From Eledone cirrhosa (Eukaryota), in NCBI GenBank assembly GCA_964016885.1, contig OZ024752.1, forward strand, positions 39,618,001 through 39,682,000: a DNA stretch of 64,000 nucleotides. Reading direction: 5' to 3'. The translations under genes were made by a program, and so were the position numbers. This document shows, piece after piece, positions 55,073 to 64,000 of this stretch; positions within the stretch are counted from its first letter, which is position 1; each line of letters opens with the position of its first letter. The notes beneath the pieces were generated by a model. That model did no database searches and had not been told where the DNA came from. It saw only the letters and a program-made list of their open reading frames with translations.

Positions 55073-56833
55073 GTAATGCTGTTTTCTTATCCTTCATTCT
55101 TTGTTTTTTTCATAAAGCAGCTAATACTATTTCAAAACTTTTATGTGAAATAATTGTTTCTACTTTAGGCACAAGGCCAGCAATTGCCCAGTGCATTACT
55201 GGTACTTTATTTTATCGACCCCGTAAGGATGAAAGGTAAAATCAACCTTGGCGAGATGTGGGAGTAGCTCTGAACAACTGATTGCTATGTGTGTAACAAA
55301 AAGTCGGGTTAAAATATAACCACATATTGAGCAGAAGAATGAAGAGAATGGAAGAAAAAGTGTCTAAAGTATGAGATGAGAAATGAGAAGGGTAGAGAGA
55401 GAGAGAGAGAAGAGAGAAGAGAGAGAGAGAAGAAAAGGGGAGAAGAGAAAAATGGGAATGGGAACAATGGAGAAAATAATTTTTTTCTTTTATCTGAGAA
55501 TTACGAAAGATAACAAAATAATTGTTTCTATTTTTACCCCAGTGCATTACTGGTGCTTTATTTTATTGACCCTGTAAGGATAAAGTTAACCTCGGTGGGA
55601 TTTTCACATAATATCGAATCTATGAGGTTTTGATACTATTTATTTTGAGAACAATACTTTAACATAAGTATGAGTGGCCAATTATAGCTGGTTTAAACAG
55701 AAAGAGGTGAGAGAATTCTGGTCAGATATGGCCGGTTTAAATGCTAAAGGGTTAATAAGTAGTTCAAGTTTCACAAAGAAAGTCGCAATTAATATATTGT
55801 GTTCATATCAAATCTTTCCATTATTTCTTAAATCAGAAAAATTGATCGATTGACAGAATTATCAGAATGTAGAAAAAATACTTTGAGGTATTTTTTCTGG
55901 TTCTTTAAATACTGAGTTCAGATCCCACCAAGACCATCTTTAATAAAATAAAGTAGCCATGAAGTACTGAGGTCAATGTAATCAACTTAACTCCCTCCTC
56001 CAAATTCTTGGCCTTGTATCCAAATTAAAATCCATTATTTCTTAAATCAGAAGCCGTGGATTGGCAGTATTGGTAGAGGGTCAGATGCCATGCTTTGCAG
56101 CATAGAATTACGGCCCTTTACGGTCTGATTTCAAATCCCACCAAGGTCAACTTTACCTTTCATTCTTACTGGGTCTATAAAACAAAATACCAGTAATGCA
56201 CTTGGATAATTGCTGGCCTTGTGCCAAAAGTAGAAACAATTATTTCTGAAATCATTCACACAACTAGGCAGGGATTTGGAAAACTGGGTGTTGTTTGTGA
56301 GACGAGAAAACATTTTGAAAGACTGAAAATAGTATTAGTACAGTTTGCAGAAAATGTCTGAGAAGTTCCACTGAGAATGCTTGTGAAATTATGAAAACTA
56401 ATAGTATTTTTGTTAAATTATAAATAAAGTTGTTAAACTTATTGATGTTATAACTTACCCTGGATTTTCATTGGGATAACCATATTTTCCCGATATTTCT
56501 TAAGTCAGGCTGTTGTTTACACTTCTAATTACTGTCTCAAATGATGGAATTAGTGGCCAAGGATCACTTTTCTTGATTTTCTCAATTATTATTGATAGTG
56601 ATCACCTATTATCATGGTCATTTGCATTGAAACAACCACTTTTCACATTTTATATGTATGTATAGATGTATGGATATATAGATGCATGCTGCATGTACAT
56701 ACATATGTATGTATGTGTGTTGTGTGTGTGTATGTATAAAATAATGAATTCTTAGAATATTCCCATTAAAGAAGCTGAATTTTTTCTACTTTTATTAAGA
56801 TTTTAACTTTGATGTTCTTCTATTTTTCTCAAG

Positions 56834-56962
56834 TCACCCCATAATCAGCTGACATATAAAATAACCAATACCCAGGCAAACACATATTTTAAAGTCGAAG
56901 ATACAGGAGTTGTTGTACTTATTCGCTCCCCAGCTGCTGATCAATCAATCAAGTCTTTTTCA
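56834..56962 (+). CDS. Cadherin exon 17 (SPHNQLTYKI...YFKVEDTGVV...SFS)
   Basis: Pyrimidine tract plus aag acceptor, gtaagt donor; homologous in position and motif to exons 13, 15 and 19. Confidence 0.87.
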
Positions 56963-57029
56963 GTAAGTCTAAAAATAAAAAAATTAAAAATGATTGATTC
57001 ATTTGTTGATTTTATCTAAATACTTCATT

Positions 57030-58400
57030 CAACAGAGGTGATCTTTGGCTTGCTCTTGATAGGTTTGATGCTGAGTGTTGCATGGCTGGAATAAAAATTA
57101 GTGCTGGAAAAACTGAGACACTCATCCTCTCAAGGAAGCCTGTACAATGCACTCTACATGTGAATAGAGTTCCACTGAAGCAGGCGGAGAAGTTAAAGTA
57201 TCTCAGGGCCGTGTTCACAAGTGATGGAAGGCAGGAGGCTGAATTAAGTGCAAGAATTGCAGGTGCTGATGCAGTAATGCACCTGCTTCAGCATTTGGTA
57301 ATCAGAAGAAGGGAAATAATACTGAGTTCAACTTTGCTTTTTGCCCTTTCAGGGTCAGTAAAATTAATTATCAGTCAAAGACAATGGATTGGACTAATGT
57401 TTAGAGCATTAAACGTGATGCCTTATGATATTTGTTCCAGTTCTTTGTGTTCTGAGTCCAAATTTTGCTTTGACTTACTTGGGTTGTAGACATAATCAGT
57501 TACCTAGTTTAACATCATGATCTAGCCTTTGGATGCTTTTAACAGAGTTTCAATCAATCATGTTCCCACAACTGGTGCAGCCAGTCGGGGTGCCACTCAA
57601 CATGCTTTCAAAGTCGGCAATCACCACTGGTCTCTATTCTCCATTATGCATAGAAGGGTCTCAGTGTTGTGATCAGTCAAGTCTTTCATGTTGTCAGACC
57701 AGGATTTTCTTTGCTTCCTGTTTGCCTCTTCTTCACCTTCACTCAATTGTGCCCTGAACGATGGTTTTGAACAAGAAGTTGAGGCAGGATATATGACCAT
57801 ATTAGGCAAACTTTCATCTTTATTCAGCTGCAAATATTCTGACCAGGTCTCTAGTTTGAGAATACCTACCACTTTACCTGGCACCTGTCTTGAAGGCCCT
57901 AGAAATGGTTATGAACACTGCTCTTCCATCCTTGATTAAACAATAAAGAGAACAATAACAACGAATCCATTTGGAAATGATGTGTTCTTCTTGTGACGCT
58001 AAACTCCGCCAGTTGCAGACTGCGCATTAACATGTGATACCTCTCCCCACAAAGTTTGATCACCAACAACAGAGTTTAAAGAGCAAAGATCAAGTCCAGT
58101 CCATAGGTTGACATTATCATGCCATCGCTTTGGCTGCTTGCCTCTGCTTCTTTTACGAGCCAGCCTTCCTTCCAGGCATAACTTACTCACACCATGAGTT
58201 GATCTTTTTATATGGCCGCATAGTTTGAGTACTCTTGACTTGACAATTGATGTAATTGATCTAAGTTGTGTAATGTTGAGTAGCTCACTGATACAGATAC
58301 GGTTGCTGAGCTGCTTGCCAGTCATAAGTCTCATGATGTGGTTCTGGAATGTATATGTAGGTTCCCATAATTGGCATAGTCAGCCTGTCAGGAATAACTT
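57030..58400. mobile_element. Cluster of decayed RTE-type LINE fragments (57030-57330 +, 57560-57890 -, 57990-58400 -)
   Basis: GIKISAGKTE...LKYL...SARI; RKSWSDNMKDLT; LKLCGHIKR...RSRGKQPKRWHDNV. Confidence 0.75.
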
Positions 58401-59328
58401 AACCCTTTGATTAGGATATTTCTAATGAAAGACATTGCATTTTGTTCCCAAATAATTTTGAAAATAATCAAGAATTTCATGGGCAAAACCAATTGGTAGG
58501 GGACCCAGGGGTTGATCCCGAGCAAGATGGTTGGATAACATCTATGAGCTCAGCTGGTCTCGCTTAAAAACGGTTGCTTCTGGTATGACCTGCTGGAAGG
58601 AGTGTTTGAGGGCAAAGAAGAAGGAGAAGGAGAAGGAGAAGAAGCGATTTTGTAAAATACCTAACTTTCTCACTATTGTACTGGAACATAGCTTAACAAA
58701 ACTGCTTGCATGAAATTATGATGGAAAGTTTTTTTTTTTTTTTTTTTTTTTCATAAAAATAAACAGTTTTGTACAATTTCAGTTAGTTTGGTATCAAAAG
58801 TATTAAATTTAACAAACTGTCAGAAACTGAAATCCTGTTCATAGACCTATATAATAAACGCATGTAAAAAAAAAAAGAAAAAAGAAAGGTTTTTAAATAT
58901 CTAATAAAAATCATATACAATAGTAAATATAAAACACTAGATCACCACCACTGGTGATCTAGTTGTTATGGGATCTCATCCCGTCTGTTTTTAACTTGAC
59001 AGCACTAAGGCTTTTCGGAAATGAAACTCAATGGTAAGCACACTAGCAATCTGATTAGTTATCATGGAGCTGTTGGCCATTTATGAAGGTACCCAGAAAA
59101 ACCCTGTATTTTGGAAACCCAAGCTCCAATTTACACAAAACTTGTATTATTCCATTTGTATTCCCATTTCAGGCACAACTTCCTTTCAATGTATTTCCTC
59201 ATTATGCACCGTTTTGGCTGTATTAAATTACAGACAAGCACACAATCACAGACTTTTAGTAGTATGTATATAATTGATATCAACCATATTAAATATTAAA
59301 CAAATGTTTATTCCTTGTTTTCTTCTAG

Positions 59329-59523
59329 TTTAATGTACAAGTGAGTGATAAAGGACTGCCTAATCCCAAAACTGCTAACAATTTAGCAAAAGTAGAGATT
59401 GATATTATAAGGAACAATCAGCCACCAGTCTTTTTTGCAGCCAATTACGAGGTAAAACTTAGAGAAGATAGCCTGCTTTCCACAAATGTTGTTGCAGTTT
59501 ATGCAAATGATACTGATACTACT
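59329..59523 (+). CDS. Cadherin exon 18 (FNVQVSDKGLPNPK...IIRNNQPPVF...ANDTDTT)
   Basis: ttctag acceptor, gtaagt donor; DxGxP, PxF, xED and AxDxD motifs. Confidence 0.93.
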
Positions 59524-59964
59524 GTAAGTAATTTTATTATTTTTATTTTTATTTTTTCGTGCAATGGTCATACTCAATAGTAATTGTGCAGCCACCATGT
59601 ATGTATGTGTGTGTGAATATATATATGTATATATCTTTTCTGTGCGCATCGCCACTCAGCGTCACGGTGCGGTGGGCGTGTTTTTGTCTTCTTGCCTCAC
59701 TTCTTGCTTTTCCTCGCTTTTTTTTCCTCTGCGTGAGCAGGAACGATGCAACACTGCTTTACCGTGGCATCGCCCTCTCGTCTTCGTCGCCGCGCTCCGG
59801 TTAGGGCTTGGGTTTGTCTCGCTTGGCTTTTCAGTGGTTCTTACATCGTCATGCTGACACCTCGCCACGGTCGCGCATTCACCTCACGGTTTTGTTTCCC
59901 CTGCGCCCCTTTTTTTTTAAAGGGGAGCCAGGGACGACGCCGTGGCACGTCAACGTCGCTTTTC

Positions 59965-60530
59965 TGCGGCTTCTGAGCCATCCTCAGCATTCTCGTGTAG
60001 CACCCATCCACCATCTGAGTGAGTTTCTTGGTCAGTGTCCAAGTCTCAGACCCGTACAGCAGCACAGACTCCACTACAGCAATGAAGAGGTGGATCTTCA
60101 GGTTTTTACGAAAGTTCGACTTCCACACTGATCTCAAGCTGTGGCACGCCGCCCAGGCTTTGCTCTTCCTCTCGACCACATCATCTTCTGTATTCCCAAT
60201 ATTTGCTCCAAAATACAGGAAGTCCTCAACCAATTCTAGCTGTACGGGAGCCTCCCAAGCGTCAGCTCAAAAGTGACTCAGAGGAGACTGAGGTTAGCTG
60301 GACATGCTCACCGACATCCAGAGTTGACACTGCACTCAGTGCTCCTGTGGGAGCCCCTGCATGGACACACTGGAAGAGGAAGACCAAAGTTAACATATGT
60401 TGATGCCCTAAGGACAGACACTGGTCTGTTGGAGACGCAGGACATGGCAGCGATAATGAGAGACAGAGACCGCTGGAGAGAACTCGTCCATGGATCTCGG
60501 GAATTTTACCCGCCCTAGATAGATAGACAT
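59965..60530. mobile_element. RTE-type LINE copy with 5' inversion
   Basis: - strand VEDFLYFGA...VESVLLYGSETWTLT...DGCYTRMLRMA abuts + strand RRLRLAGH...VLLWEP...GRGRPKLTY...DRDRWR and a (TAGA) tail. Confidence 0.8.
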
Positions 60531-60607
60531 ATATATATGTATATATACGTATGTATGTATATATATATATATATATGTATATACGTATGTATGTATATAT
60601 ATATATA

Positions 60608-61217
60608 TGTCAGGTCACCAGTTGGTGCTACTGGTAACATGTATCCCAGTACAACCTGACCCATGGTCGGGTCGTTGGCGACTAAACTGGCAACCCCACC
60701 AAGGTTTCTTGGTGAGGAGGGTGACTTTGGACATCCTGCAGGACTAAAAACAAGACCTGTCAAAGGGCAAAGGAGCTCTTAAGAGTCAATGGCCATCCAA
60801 AATCACCGGGAGAGATGACCCTTTAGCCTTTGTCAAGGCAGAATTCTAGGAGAAGGAAAACTCTGATATAACACCTGCAACTCTGATGGTATCCAATGAT
60901 GTTGACTTGTTCTTCTTTTTGGTAAATATCATCTTGGTTAAGAGAGTGGGACTGGCTTTGTGCAGTGCCTTTGCTCACTATAAAAGCTTCACGGCACAGG
61001 CATTGCTTTATATCTGGAGATCTCTCTGCACTTGTCGTCACAGGGTACCATGGGCCCAGCACTATGTGTCAATATTTGTCACAAGTGTAGTGTTTGTACC
61101 AGAGTTTTCAAGTTGCTGGATGGACTAAAAAGTCACACTCGTTCAGCGCATCGGTAGGGGTTCTCCTATATGGATATAAAGTAGTGGCCGTACTCGAAAA
61201 CGAGTTGGCAGCCACCA
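60608..61217. mobile_element. Dispersed element, inverted copy of 26932-27478; includes an RTE 5'UTR-like ctaggagaaggaaaactctgat motif
   Basis: Matching ORF pairs 26970/60886 and 27087/60823; flanked by TA microsatellite. Confidence 0.7.
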
Positions 61218-61912
61218 TATATATATGTATATGCAGAAGACCTGCCTTGCCTAAGTACAAAGCGAAACCTACAGTCAGTAGGCACCTCTAACAAAAATAC
61301 ACTCCGTCCCACTACCCCCACCCCATCGACACTACCCCTTCCAATGTAATGTTATGTTAGTACCACAACATCAAGTCTGAAACAAATGAGGTCGTCTAGG
61401 TGTCACGACAAAAAAAACACACAGTCCACGCTGTAATGTGGCCATGTAGGTAACACGGTAAAAACCTCCCAGTCCACACTGTAAACATGGTTGGTGTTAG
61501 GAAGGGCATCGAGCCGTAGAAAACCCGCCAGACAGTCCTATACGAGCAAGACAACCAATCTTGCCTTTTATTTTATTTTTGGGATGGATGCCCTTCCTAA
61601 CATCAACCTCATTTACAGTGAGTGTTGGGTGCTTTTTTGCTGTGGCACCTCCACGACCACTTTGCAGTGAAATGATATGGACCCCAGTCCCTATCATCTC
61701 ATTTCTACAGCTGAGTAAACTGGAGCAATGTGAAATAAAGTGTCTTGCTCAAGGAAACAACACATCACCCGGTCTGAGAATTGAACTCACAACCTTTCGA
61801 TTGCAAGGCCAATGCTCTAACCACTAAGCCATGTGCCTCCTGTATATATGTATATATGTATATATATATGTATATATATCTCTACGTATGTATATATATA
61901 TATGTATGTGTA

Positions 61913-61966
<54 letters not shown>

Positions 61967-62178
61967 TATATATATATATATATATATGTATATGTATATA
62001 TATATATGTATATATATATATACACATATGTATATATATATATATACACATGTATGTATATATATATCTGTATGTATATATATATGTATATGTATGTATA
62101 TATATATATATCTATATATATATATGTATATGTATGTATATATGTATATGTATATGTATGTATATGTATATATATATG

Positions 62179-62231
<53 letters not shown>

Positions 62232-62787
62232 TCATCATCATCATCTTCGTTTAACGTCGATTTTCCATGCTAGCATATATATATATATTTAATATAGAAA
62301 TGGCTTTTACAGGACTAGAACTGTTTCATTCAAAGGAAATTATCAGGAAAGGTAACTGTCATTGTGATATGGTGGTATTTTATACCTTTTCTGGGGGTAG
62401 GGGAAGGTGGTGATTAGGATGGGTGCAGGTCATTTGCCGATGGATTTAAAGAATGGGGATTCTTCTTCTGTAAGTATAATTTTTTCAACGAATCCCTATT
62501 CTTTAAATCCATTGGCCAATGACCTCCACACATCCCAATCACCAACTTTCTCTACCTCCAGAAAAGTTAAAAAATATCAGCAATTCTATCTTGGCATATT
62601 AAGATACTGAGCTTCAAGCAAATAATATTTGTTGAATTTCAGAGTTTAAAATGTAAATGTTTTTTTTATATATATAAAAGCTGGAATTAGTTATATTCTT
62701 ATATTTATTATGTAAATTTTCTAAAATAAATGCATGTTCTCTTCATATTTGTAATTGTTCCATTTTCTCACTAAATTCCATTCTCAG

Positions 62788-62913
62788 TTTAATATTATTA
62801 AATATTCCATAATTGGAGACGATCGTGCTGGAGACTATTTCAGAATTAATCAGAATACTGGATTGATACAAACAAACAATCTTCTAAATGCTGTTGACAC
62901 AGATCCATTTGTG
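62788..62913 (+). CDS. Cadherin exon 19 (FNIIKYSIIGDD...YFRINQNTGLI...PFV); gene continues beyond window
   Basis: ttctcag acceptor, gtaagt donor at 62914; YFxINxxTG motif. Confidence 0.9.
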
Positions 62914-64000
62914 GTAAGTGTTTTGTTTTTATTCATTTCTTTTTTTTTTGTTTTCTAAATCATGCTTCGTTGGAAATGTAATGTAGGATATCTTGTGAGT
63001 TATCTGAATATTTAATTGAATCATCATTATCACAGCATCATCATCATCATCATCATCATCATCATTTAACATCTGCTTCCCCTGCTAGCAAGGGTTGGAC
63101 GTGTCTGCATAGTACTGAAGTGGATCTAATGACCTCCCAGACAGGTTGAGGGGTCTGTATCCGACTTATATACAATCATATTGCATGCAGAGGTGAAGTT
63201 ATGTCTTTCGACACAAACTGAAAGGTCCTCTTAACCCATTGTTTGGCAAGCGTTCTAGGGCTGAATGCCTGTTCTATCCCCTTATGATTGTGAGCTCAAT
63301 GCTCTAATCACTAAGACACCACACACATTCACATATATATATATATATCATACAATATATATAGCATGGATAATAAATGTATTATTTAAGGATATATATA
63401 TAGAGAGAAATATTTGTATATATATGTGTATATATATATATGTGTATATATATATATGTGTATATATATATATGTGTATATATATATGTGTATATATATG
63501 TGTGTATATATATATATGTATATATATATATGTGTATATATATATGTGTGTATATATATATGTGTGTATATATATATATGTGTATATTATATATATGTGT
63601 ATATATATATGTGTATATATATATGTGTATATATATATATATTTAAAGGTTAACCAAGTCTAATTTAAGTCTAATTATAAGGCCTTTTGATGCTTTAAGG
63701 CATTCTAATTGTTAATCTGAAATTTTTTAAATTATATCTTCAATATAATATAAATAATTATAATAAAATTATTAAGACTTACCTTCGAGAGGATGAAAAA
63801 TAGCATGTTTTCTCTCTCATGTTTGCAAATAGTTTAAATATGAATTCATAAAATATGATTTTATAAATTAAATATGATAGTATACTTTAATAGTAATATT
63901 AATAAACTTTTAGAGCCTGAAATATTATACACTTTAATTAATTCATTACTCTGAACTAACTTAAATGATTTGAAAGTTAACGGTCAACCGGACACATTTG

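Noticed and set aside
60608-60760. Possible HDV-like ribozyme at the end of the RTE-5'UTR-like element
   Set aside because: A P1/P3-like pairing can be drawn, but P1.1 is missing and the pairing is not preserved in the older copy at about 26750-26890.
62300-62352. Hammerhead-like remnant on - strand (CUGAUAA...GAAAc)
   Set aside because: Core altered and stems I and II do not pair convincingly.

Overview
This is AT-rich animal genomic DNA. The (TA)n/(CAT)n microsatellites, tRNA-derived SINEs and RTE/CR1 LINE remnants look like an octopus-type cephalopod genome (inference). One gene spans the whole window on the + strand: 19 short GT-AG exons (1204-62913) that I spliced by hand into a stop-free 2790-nt/930-aa run of about 9 tandem cadherin (EC) repeats. 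No start, TM segment or stop lies in the window, so this is the middle of a large multi-exon atypical cadherin. Its linkers switch from canonical DxNDN to a non-canonical RNxxxP type in the 3' half. The introns hold an 8.6-kb 18-bp satellite that ends 13 nt before a splice acceptor, many minisatellites born inside transposon copies, and MITEs. Most notably, they contain about 11 minimal type I hammerhead-ribozyme motifs, most in long fold-back inverted repeats next to (TA)n tracts (Penelope-like pLTR remnants). Every intact unpaired ribozyme is antisense to the gene, and every intact sense copy has an inverted partner. The multi-kilo-aa ORFs in the ORF track are satellite or microsatellite artefacts. 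All coordinates were read by eye.
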